64,000 bases of DNA from Chlorokybus atmophyticus (taxonomy: Eukaryota; Plantae; Mesostigma and Chlorokybus algae): NCBI GenBank assembly GCA_009103225.1, contig RHPI01001037.1, positions 1,216,916-1,280,915 on the forward strand, given 5' to 3'. Positions 1-13,300 of this stretch are shown piece after piece (position 1 is the first letter of the stretch; every line of letters starts with the position of its first letter). Below the pieces are notes generated by a model that worked only from the letters and a program-made list of their open reading frames with translations, had not been told where the DNA came from and searched no databases. The translations under genes and the position numbers were made by a program.

Positions 1-94
1 CACCATTACGTTCAGCTTAGTAACAATGGCATGATTGGACAATGGGTGTGGCATCCTCTAAACTGGCACTTCAAGGTTGATTCCAGCAACTTAC

Positions 95-402
95 CAGATA
101 GCCTGGTGCAAACGCCATGATTAGCTGTTTAAAATTCAAAAGATTCAACACGGGCACTGATGCATCTGATGCTGTTTGTGAGAGTGTCAGCATATCCTGA
201 GGGTAGATACCACAAGGTAGTGCAACATCTGCCATGTACATGAATTTTGGGAATGCAGGCAAAGCTATGACCTGCAAGTCATCTACGAACCATTCGATAC
301 AATGTGTTAGCCTGAGGAAGAGGGGCCTGTCCACGAGGGGCTGCAACCGTTGTAGCCACCTGAGCTTATATGCAAACAGGTCGTAGTTTGCCAAGTATAC
401 AC
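95..402 (-). CDS. Possible internal exon of an unidentified gene continuing beyond the window start
   Basis: Open frame GVYLANYDLFAYKLRWLQRL...MAFAPGYL bounded by ctgtgcag| acceptor and |gtaagt donor; no family recognised. Confidence 0.3.
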
Positions 403-1115
403 CTGCACAGTTGCCCCATAGGAATGCCAATGCGTTGTCTGTGCTGGGTATCTTTGGCAATCGCACGAACAGGTTTGATCACACAAACTATAGCATCGTG
501 TGCAGCAAGTGCTTAGTGAAAACCTTTCTAGTTCCAGTGCTTGCTATGACCGTTGAGCCAGTAGCCCTTCTGCGTGTCACCACCCCTGCGGTGACTGTGA
601 CATGCAGTGTAAGTGCTCCGCATTGCGTTTCTCTTCATCCGTTGCATACTCCATGTCCACATGCCCGCGCACTCTGTACTACTCTGCCTGCACACGGTAG
701 GAGTGGAGGTGGAGTTGAAGGAGGAGAGTTTAGGCCGGTGGTCGTACTTGCAGGTGCGTATGGTTGGCTATGTGGTGTGGTGTGAAAATGCATGCTTATA
801 ACAGCCTCGCGCTGATCCTATATACAACAGCACCTTCAATTTATACACATGTCAACTTTTCTCCCCCCGCTCCCCACCCCTCATCACCGAGCATTCCGCA
901 GGAGGAGAACAAGATGCCACCCATGCGTTCACCATCACGTGTCTGCAGGGTGCTGCTGGCCCGGCAGCGGTGGCGGCAAGGGCGGCGGTGGGTGCGACAG
1001 GAAAGCGCCACGTGGCGGCGGAGGCAGGGGAGGGATGTACTACAGCTGTGTCGTGTCGACTGTCAGCGCTGGTGTCACCGCAGGCCTCAAGTCTAGCAGC
1101 CCACCGCTTGCCTCC

Positions 1116-2051
1116 ATGCCAGGCTCGACTGCGCGGCGGAAACGCCGCGAAGCTAAGGCAAAGGCGGAGGCGGAGGCGGAGACGGCGTGCAAGGGGCGGC
1201 TGGAGGAGTTTAGAAAGTGCCTGGCGGAGAGCGACTGCGTCAAGGTACGGCCGAAACAAGGCTGTGAGGCCAGGCCGCCCGTTGTGCGCATGTTGCGTTG
1301 CCTGCAAACTTACACTTCGACGCGAGCAAAGTGTGCCCTTGCTCACTGTATTCAGTGACACCCAAGCTGGTTCTCTGGTTTTCCAGTAGTGCATCGGCTG
1401 CATGTCTTGACCTTCTCGTGGTTATCGCTGCCCTTTACGCATGAAGGATGAAGCGGAGCATGGGCAGTCCGTTGTAGCTTGAAGGACAGACACTACCATA
1501 TCTCAGCGACGAGTCATTGAAGTGGAGGTCTCTCATTTCTACACAGGAAACAAACAGGAAAATGTATGCATCAGTGCATTTGTCACTGTAACAACGACAT
1601 GTACAGCAACCAGCCAGCAAAGGGCGTGCTTGTGCAACATGTGCACACCCAGACCCGGACACTGCTCAATCAAATACTGCGCACACATACACATATGGCT
1701 TGGTTGACGGCCTCTCCACTGCAGGTTGAGGGCAGGACTTTGAAGGAGTGCGCAGGAGGCACTGAAGGCGTGAGCAAGGAGTGCCAGGACCTGCGCACCC
1801 TCTACAAAGAGTGCAAGCGAGGAGAGGTGTGTATGGCATTGTGAACTCTAGCAAAAACGTTCACGTGTGTGCTGCATGCGGGCATAACTCGTGTACGTGC
1901 ATGCATACGATTTAATATGTTCTGAGCTATGTGTCGCGTACTCTCAATCCAGTGCATGTTGGCTTCCAGCTTTCATGCAAGTCTTGCTAACTATGAAATG
2001 TGTGCTCAGTTGGACAAGTGGAAACGTAAAGTCGGCCACACAGGATACTGA
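1116..2051 (+). CDS. COA5: Diverged COA5/PET191 paralogue (twin CX9C-type cytochrome c oxidase assembly factor) with N-terminal extension
   Basis: join(1116..1244,1725..1826,2010..2051), GT-AG introns in phase: MPGSTARRKRREAKAKAEAEAETACKGRLEEFRKCLAESDCVK|VEGRTLKECAGGTEGVSKECQDLRTLYKECKRGE|LDKWKRKVGHTGY*. Same intron positions and exon 2/3 lengths (102, 42 nt) as the copy at 31331-32263. Confidence 0.8.
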
Positions 2052-2219
2052 TTTGGGGGGACATGTCAACCAACATGCAATTGCCAGTCCCGATCGCTTT
2101 AAAGCTTGAACTGCTAGATTAGTGTCATGCAGGGTTAGAGTTCAGCAATTGTTTGTTTCAGCATTGCAAAGCTGCGCGGAGAAGAGATGGGTTGAGCATC
2201 AGCGTCCCAACACAACAAT

Positions 2220-4554
<2,335 letters not shown>

Positions 4555-4735
4555 GTAGTCCTGCACCTGCTCCTCCTTGCCCTCCACCTCCTTGTCGCTG
4601 TGTGCAATGCTGGTGAGGGTGCTGCTGGCCAAGCCGGCGGCGGGGGTTGCGGCCAGGGCGGCAGGGGCGGCGGTGGATGCACAGGAGGGCGCCACGTGGC
4701 GGCGGCAGCGGAGGCCAAGCAGCAGCTGCTGGGGT

Positions 4736-6780
4736 ATGGCTGGCGGCGGCGGCGGTGGTCAAAGCGCGTCGTCTGCGCCGGTGGTATGCCCGAGGTGCCA
4801 CCGCCCTGGCCACGGCGCTGCGGACTGCACCGTCGGCGGCGGCGATGGCCTCCGCAACACCGCCGCCGCCGCCAATGACGCTCGCACCTCCGCCGGTAGG
4901 GATGAACAACAAGCAGCATGCCTGGTGCAGTCATACATGCATTCAACGCAGCAAAGGTTGGTGTTGTGAGGCAGTTGATGTAGACTTGGCTAATTTGATT
5001 GGAAGGCAGGATCGATCAATGATAGAGTGCACGTGTGGGAGATGTTTGATATCTGAAGCCCACAAGCGCCCTTGTCACTCCTGCACGCATGCACTTGTTG
5101 GTCTACAGCACTACTACTACTGCTTTGGTACATGTTGATGTTGATCACAACAAGCAGCAGCACACACCGCATTACCTGCATTACAGGCGGCGTGAGCATC
5201 CCCGAGGCGGGCTTCCCCGTACCGTCCCACTCACTCACAAGCCGCAGCAGCGATGGCGCTAACGCCTCTGTGGACCATGTGGTTGATGGATCTATGCTCG
5301 AGGGAGGCGGCCAAGTAAGTAAGCGTGCGTGTGTAAGAGCACACTCGCGCTTACAGCCACTCGCACAATCTTACAAAGCATGTGCGCTTGCACGCGCACG
5401 CGCACATACCCACCCACACCCACACATCTCCTCTCACAGATCCTCCGAGTGTCCACAGCTCTTGCAGCCATCACAACCAAGTCCTTGTCCATCCACCGCA
5501 TCCGCGCCGGCCGTTCCAAGCCCGGTCTCCGTCCCCAGCACTTGCTCGCCCTCCAGTCCGTGTGCAACATATGCAATGGTACTCTCTCCCACGCACACGT
5601 TGGCAGCGAGAGCATCACGCTGCGGCCGGGTGAGTTGAGGGTGGGTGAGTACGAAGCCGACACGCGCACGGCGGGGAGCTGCACGCTGCTGGCGCAGGCT
5701 GTCGTGCCGTGCTTGGTGAATGCGAGGGGGGAGAAGGGAGAGAGTGTGTTGGTGTGTAAAGGAGGGACGGATAACCCGGCGGCACCACCAGCGGACTATC
5801 TTGAACATGCGTTGGCGCCTGTACTCAGACGACACTTTGGCATCGACATCAGTATCATGCTAGAAAGGTGCATGCGCGCGTGTGTGCACGCGTGTACTTG
5901 TGCACATGGGTGCGCATGTGTCAAGTGAGCCATGTTGTAGTTGTTGGCTCATATCATTGATTGCATTTCTCTAGGAGGGGGTTTTATCCAAAGGGAGGGG
6001 GAAGGATGTCGGTGAGAGTGGGGGCGTTGCCTACAGGGAAGGCCTTGCCACCAATACAGGTAGGACCATGCTGTCTATCTAACCTCACAGGTATATAGTG
6101 TTCGTGTTCAATGTTGTGTCATTTTTCCATTTGACACGCCTGTTGTAGCTGATTGACCAAGGCAAGGTTGTGCGTGTTGAAGCGAGGGGCTTTGTGTCAG
6201 GCCGTCACAAGTTGGATGCACTGAAGGTCAGAGGAGACCATACAAGTAACAACAAGTGTCGGAGTGGTTTATCAAAGTTGATGTTGATGTTGATGTTGGG
6301 CACCCCTGACAGGGAGAGTTGAAGGAGGCGCAGCGGCTCCTGAGGCAACATCTCGACGAGGACGTGGACATCAACGACATCACTGCCGTGCAGGAGACGA
6401 GCGGTGTGTCCGCCATCGGCGACGGGATGGGTCTGACGCTTATTGCTCACACGGACACCAACTGCATACTCGCATCCAACGCTTCCGCCACCGACACAAA
6501 CACTCCTGGGAGACATGCCGCAGAGGAGTTGCTGCGTGTCCTTGACACCGGCGCAACCGTTGATACATACATGCAGGACCAACTTATCATCTTCATGGCG
6601 CTGGCTTGCGGGACCTCCGTGCTGAATGTTGGGAGAGACGAACCCACGCTACACGCGCGCACGGCCGCAGCTGTTGCAAATGCACTCACTGGTGCCAAGT
6701 GTGATTTCGCACGGGATGAGAGCAGAGGAGCCGTGTGGATGCTCACTTGCGAGGGCGTCGGATGGACAAGACCAACATAA
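4736..6780 (+). CDS. RTCA: RNA 3'-terminal phosphate cyclase with N-terminal CCHC zinc knuckle
   Basis: join(4736..4895,5187..5314,5440..5867,5975..6059,6149..6226,6313..6780), phases consistent. Motifs VDGSMLEGGGQ|ILRVSTAL, IRAGRSKPGLRPQHL, KGGTDNPAAPPADY, RRGFYPKGGG, VDTYMQDQLIIFMALA, TLHART (catalytic His position, so RTCA rather than RCL1). Head-to-head with METTL18, 181 bp between ATGs. Confidence 0.92.
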
Positions 6781-6905
6781 TGTGTATGGTATCGTGCATG
6801 CGTGTGTGTACATTGATGCAGTGGATGTTCTCGCTGCTTGCTGTACAAGTGTGTATATATAAAGCGTGCGTGTATGGTCCGTACACCCACCCCAACATGA
6901 GTCTA

Positions 6906-9733
6906 TCAACCGCGTGTGACGCGGCGTCGTGTGCGTTTCCGCCCCGAGCCCGGCCGCTTGTTGGTGTTGTTGTTACTGCCATCTTGCATGAAGAACGGTT
7001 CGTCGAACTGCGACCGCATCCACGCTATAAGCTTCTCCTTCTCGTTGGCATCCTTATCCTTACTACTCTTATCCCTCTCAATGAGCAGCGACAGCACGTC
7101 AGGCTGCTCGTTGGTCCCCTTTCGCATCGACCGTGTTGACAAAGAAGCGCGTGTGCTACGCGTGCTCCCACTCGGACCCGAGTGCGAAGGTGAGCGTGGG
7201 GAAGGAGCCCCCCCGTCCGTGATGAAACCGCTGTCGCGGTCGTCATCGTCGCTCAAACCGCCGCCGCCGCCGCCAGCCTCGGAACCGCTTGTGAAGATCA
7301 TCTCGGATAAGGGAGCCTTCACGCCCTCGCCGCGACGCGTGTTCAACTCCTGAAGTGAGAGATTGAGTTCCAGGTCAGGGTCAGGGTCAGGGTCAATCCA
7401 AGGTGACTGTCATTGCATAAGTGTTGAACACTTACACAAGTTGTTTCGTGATTGGAGGGACTCATTGCATCACACAGGCTAGATAGAGTGGTATGCCGAC
7501 ACACACATCCCCCTCACCTGTACGTCATGCGACATATCCACCAGTTCCCCTCTCAGTCTATCAAACTCCACGAGGTTATCCTCCACCGCCAGCAGCACGA
7601 GATAATAGTTCTCCACGGCAGCAGGGGTGACTTCCTCGAGGTCGGGCAGCTCCAGCGGCTGCTGCCGACGCCAGACGTCGCTCTCGACGCGGTCCACGCC
7701 CGCCGCGCCGCGACGAGGACCCTCCACCGCAGTGTGGCTGGAGGACTTGGGCTTCAACTCGGCCCATTTGAGACGGGAAGCGGCCTGGGAGAGGGGGGAG
7801 GTGAGGTGAGTGTGTGCGGGGGGGGGGGGTGGCATGTCGGCCCANNNNNNNNNNNNGGGGCACGTGTGCGTGTGTATGTGTGTGTCACAGGCTGTGACAC
7901 ACAGTGACCCACGCACACGTGCCGTGTGTGCACACAGGCATGCACGCATCACTGCATACGTGCACAGTTGCGCTCCCATACTTGTGTGTGCGCATCTGAA
8001 AGATTACATGCATGCATCCTTGCCTTGGATTCAATGGCAGACGCTTGGTGGTTTGTCACGATTATCCCAACAAGTAAATTCATGAAGACAAAGGCTCCCA
8101 GTACGATGAACGACACGCAATACGCGTACGCCGCCGCAAAGTATCCTGCGTCCTGCAGCTCGTGGAAGATGTCCACCCATCCGTCTTGAGTCAGAAACAC
8201 GAACAGGGTGAACATGCTCGAGGGGAGGTCGCCAAAGTCACGCGGGGCCGCCCGAGCAAAGATTGACACGCCCACCACGGACCATATGAACATGATCAGG
8301 GCTAACAGGATCAAGATGTTGCTCATGTCTGCCACGGAGAGAGCGATGGTCTGAACCACAGTCTGTAAGCCGGATAGGAACTTGATGCTGCGAAGGGCAC
8401 GCAGAGCACGCAACACACGCAGTATCCGCAACGCCTGGGGAGGTGAGATTAATGTTGGTCAATGCACACGTTACCAACACCAATGTTCGGGTGATACTAG
8501 TACAGATAGGGAGGTAGTATTCACACCAAATGGTGTCGAATGCAGCTTTGAACAGCGTTCTCTGATACAGCACCACAGTGTGTAGTTGTTGTGTGGCACG
8601 GTGGACGTGTGGCAAGTTGTGTGCGTGTGCCATGTTGATCATCACCTTCCCGCCGCCAAGGGATGTGATAAGTTCTCCAAGTATGGACGCCGCAACCACA
8701 ACGAAATCAAACACGTTCCACGGCGAGTCCCAGAACCCTCTGAAGTCATGCACCCACTTGAGTCCTAGCTCTATGCCAAACACGGCCACGAAGGCCGTAT
8801 CCAACGCAGCGAACGTGTTGGGATGCTCGCGCGCCAGTGTCGCATTGGTTTGCAACCCGATCACGACCGTGTTGGCGGCGATGACGGCGAGGATAGAGTG
8901 GTGGAAGAGCTTGGATTCGAGGAGTCGACCGGCCAGGTCGCGACGGACGTAACCCTCAAAAGGACGACCGGTGTCCTCGTCGACAACACCCGTGAAAGCG
9001 ATGCTGCGGAGGTATGCTGCCACGTTGACCTCACCCTCACCCTCACCCTCCTGCTCCTGCGCATCATCATCCTTGCTGGAGTGGACATCACCACCCTCCT
9101 CGAGCTCGTCCTTCCCGGCGTCAACGTAGCTGATGCCCTCGTGATGACGGTGGTACAGGTGCAAACCTTCACCGAAGAACTCCGCCCTTGACACCTTTGT
9201 CTGTGCCCCCGCGCATGCGCATGTTACATGCGGTCAAGGCAAGGCCCACACATGCGTAGCACACACGCATACGCACATGCATACACTAGCAACCGATACA
9301 TCAGGTATGTTTCCCACACTTCTGACCAAAGGAGCAGTGGTGTCACACTGATACATTGGGTGCCACATTGCAACAGGCTCAACATGCTGGTCGTTTACTT
9401 CTGCATCACACGCATATGCTCGCACGCGTGTACCTGTGAGACACACATGCACGCACGCACACATACACACACCCACACTCTTACCAGCAGGTCTGCAGCC
9501 GTGTCATTGATGTATGGTCCAGGCAGTGACACTTTGGGTCCTGTTGAGACGGCAGGGTCCAGCTCGGGTCGTGACCCGCGCCTCCTGGCGACTCCCACTC
9601 TGGGGGTGTATCCGGGACCCCATCCCGGCAGCTCCGACACGTACCCCCCGACCACCATCGGCGTCACTCTGTCTCTACTGCTGCTCCATCCTGTCTCGCC
9701 GCCACCGAGCCAGCCCCGTACCCTCGCCCACAT
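6906..9733 (-). CDS. CATSPER4: CatSper4-like single-domain (6TM) voltage-gated Ca2+ channel alpha subunit, about 640 aa
   Basis: complement join(9485..9733,8646..9200,8024..8434,7518..7784,6906..7349), all phase 0. S1-S3 FHHSILAVIAANTVVIGL / FGIELGLKW / FWDSPWNVFDFVVV; S4 LRILRVLRALRALRSI; pore TQDGWVDIF; S6 FIVLGAFVFMNLLVGIIVTN; C-terminal ENYYLVLLAVEDNLVEFDRLRGEL. The TQDGWVD filter and the C-terminal helix match my recall of CatSper4. Start codon choice uncertain. Confidence 0.8.
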
Positions 9734-10351
9734 CGCCAACCCTGCCACGGAGGCCGCCGCCGGTTACGGGGAGTGACGTAACGGGAGGGGTTTTTGCTAG
9801 GCGTGCATTACGATACGATTACGTCATCGGAGCTGCGATACGGTAGGTCACGTGACATGTGTGAGTGAGTTGCAAAACACAACTGGAAATAGTAGTGTTG
9901 AGATTTTTAGGGTTAGGGTTTGTTGGTCGACACAGGCATACGTGGCGCTCTCCCAGCGCACTGCCCCTGGCCTGGCCTGCCCTGAGCTATCTGGCCTGGA
10001 CACATGTTACTTGGTAATATTAAGGAAAAGGAGGACTGATCAAGGGGCGCAGGGATTGCCTACTGGCAGCGTTTCAAGTGTTGAGTGTACTGGGGAAAGC
10101 AATGCGTGAACGTGTCAGAGTGTGCGAGTGCTACATACTTACTCTGTGTTTAATGTGTACATAGTTGTCGAGCCTGCAGTGCTACTTGTAGGAGTGGCTT
10201 GATCGCTTGATCAGATCCACAGGTACACAGGAGCGCGCACAAGACACACATGTGTCTGTGCGCGCACATGGGTCGCAGGAAGAGAAACCCAATATGTACA
10301 TATTGTGAGGACTGAGTCGACTCATCACCCCAAAGGGAAGGGGGATCCACC
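9734..10351. promoter_or_regulatory. Putative bidirectional promoter between the CatSper-like gene and the dynein heavy chain
   Basis: 618 bp between divergent ATGs. Contains GTGACGTAAC (9774-9783), TTACGTCAT (9819-9827), palindrome GTCACGTGAC (9847-9856) and telo-box-like TTTTAGGGTTAGGGTTT (about 9905-9921). Confidence 0.5.
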
Positions 10352-13300
10352 ATGCCTTACAGGGGCGGCTCTTCCTTCTTCAACAGCAGCGAAGCCAGCA
10401 GCGATGGCGACGCCACCCCAACCCACACCGAGCGCAACGTGTGGTTCCCGCGCATAGCCTCCGGTGCCGAGGCGCCCAAGCAACACTTACCACCCGTGGA
10501 TGGGAGTGTTGGTCTTGGAGGAGCTTACAACAATGGTGGCAGTGCGTGGAGGACGAGGAAGGCGGCGTGGTGGAAGGAGGCGGCGGCGAGAGCGGGAGGG
10601 AAAAGTGAGTGGTTGTGTGAAGGTGGTGTTTGCACAACATGTTGCATGTTGTTGTTGATGATGTCATTGTCACCATTGCTTGCAGTGTGGGTGGTGGTTG
10701 TGCTCATCACCGCCTTTGCTGTCTCGATGTGGCAATAACTACCATCAACCAACATGTTGTTGTCAGCGTTGTCGCATGCTAGTATAGGCATACAACCACA
10801 TCAACACAGCACTATTAGCTGCATGCACGTGTAGAAGCATGCTATGCATCCCCCACGCGTTGACCCAGACCTTGCTGCTGTAATAAAACATCCAGCTACA
10901 CTGTCGCTGCCATACACAACACACACACACACACTTCTCCACGCAGGTCCACTCGACGACCTCTTCGCCATCCGCACGGAGGACATCGACGCGTACGAGC
11001 TCCGTTCAACTCCCGCTTCCAAGCGTCTCCGCGGCCACTTCTCCTCCCTCCCTTCCATATCCCCATCTCACCCTCCCTCCTCCTCCCCGCGCGCGGCCAC
11101 ACACCTCCTACCTCCCCTCAACACCACCACCAACAACAACGAGAACCACAACACAACCAACTATAATAACAACAATCCTGCTTCGCCAAGTAAAGGAGGC
11201 AATGGGTCCCTTTATCTCCACCCGCAAGTGCCTGTGAGGACGCTGCTGATGCTAAGTCCCAAGGCGTCGCCTAAGGGGACAGCAGCAGGGAAGAGTTTTA
11301 GGGGTGTCACAACAACAACAACAACAACAGTTGGTGGTGGTGGTGTGTCAAGCCCAAAGTCTCCTGCTACTACTGCTCCTCCTCCTCCTCCACCTGCGGC
11401 TGCGCCGTTAGAGGGGGTGACAGACCCCGTGGAGGCTGAGGCTATTGCACGCATACGGTGAGGGGGCAGGCTGTGTGATGTATGCATGCAGTATGTTGCA
11501 ACGATGGTAGCAGGCGTTGAGGGTGATTGTGTGTATGTGCTGCTTGTGGTGGTGGTGCAGAACTGGCGATGATGTGGTGGAGTTTTACGCTCAGTACGGG
11601 CAGGAGAGCGCGGTCAAGTTCTTCTACTGCATCAGGTGTGATGAGTCTCTTTCATTGCCAGGCACACAACCTACATGCACACTATGCCACGCATGTAACT
11701 ACGTTAGCTTGTTCACACACAACATGCAATTCATAGAAATTGTGTCTCTCTTGTCCAGGGCTGATACGGGCTTGGACTTCCGTCCTTATGACTTGGCAGT
11801 GGTCCCGCGTGAGGCCTTAAGCGCCCACGCCGAGCACTTCACTCTATCCGCTTCAGGCGTGGTTCGCGTGGTCCCTCCGCAACACAACAACAACAACACC
11901 CCCCACAACCCCCACCACCACACGCCCACGAGCAGCGAGTTCACCCCTCTCGGCGAGTGGGTCCGCGAGAAGTCTCTTTTCGGCGTGCTGAGACGCATGC
12001 GCTTCTTCAAGCACTACCTCGTCGACAAGATGTTCCGCATATGGCACAAGGGTGTGAGACATAAACTCTATTGTCAGGTGAGAAATAGACTCACGAGGAG
12101 GTTGTTCCTGGCGAAACCAACGTTCTGCGGGGCGCTAATGGAGCTGAGAGGACTCGTACATGATTTGTCGGAGATACGAATGATGCATGTCAACCAGAAT
12201 CACCTGTACAGCCTCGACGAGTTTGCCGAACTGCAACAGTCCCACAGGTAGCGCACAGCAGACTACACACATGCACAACAACTCAGTTACGCATGCATGT
12301 GCATCGATGCAACGTGCGTGTCTGCGTGGCACGGTGTGACACGCCCAGAAACGCATGCATGCACCTTTACACAACACATATGCGCGTATACGCACACCAC
12401 CCCTTCATCGTGTACGTGTGTGTCTGGGCACAGGACGCACAAGGCGACACCTGCTCTTGAGGCTGCTGTGGAGCGTATCCAATCCGGTCTCGAGCGCATC
12501 TGCCGCGAAGTATCCAAGCAAGCTCGCTTATACAAAGAGTCCATCCGCGACGCCAGCGAGTTGGAAGATGTGACCGGCGTGAACCTCCTGCAGGTGAACT
12601 TAACGTTGTTGTATACGCTCTTGTGTACACATAGCTCACACCTCACACCTCCTTTAGGGTCAGGCTGCGGACAAGACCCGCAGCATGGTTAGCATCAAGC
12701 ACCAGAAGATGGAGCGCGCTCGCACGTACCGTCGCGTGACGGAGGAGGCCAAGATGTTGGGCGAGTTCATCCGTCTCGCGGACTACATGTTGGTTGAAGG
12801 ACTCGTCGCACGCGCTATCGGCACGGCAGAGGAGTTGCTCGCTTTACTCGAGTCGCCACGCGTGGCGAGTGACAAAGCCAGTAAGGGAGTGTTTCTCACC
12901 ATGGTGTCGTTCGCGGAAGAGGGACTCGCATTCTCACCTACTGAGGTGGATGTGTTGGCTGTACTCAACAACAACCTACTGGAAGGGATGATCTCCACAA
13001 TACAAGGTGTACCGAGACTCCTCTTCATGCGCTCTTTCGTGCAATACTTTGATGCAAAGTTGTCAGGACTCAACCCTGTGGCCATCATACGTGCAACGGA
13101 TTACTTCGCTCAGCTGCGTGTACGTGTGGACAAAGTGGTGAGTCAGGACTTTGCAGAGGCGTTGCAGTATGCGCAGATATTCGAAGAGAATCGCGACATA
13201 TACACGTTCGGGAAGACGTGGCGTCCCGAGGCTCACGCCGCGGAGAAACACACCCTCAAGGAGTTCAGGGATGATCTGTACAAACAAAAGGAGTGGCGGA

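Noticed and set aside
7372-7394. (TCAGGG)n telomere-like repeat as an interstitial telomere
   Set aside because: Only three to four variant units inside an intron; ordinary microsatellite.
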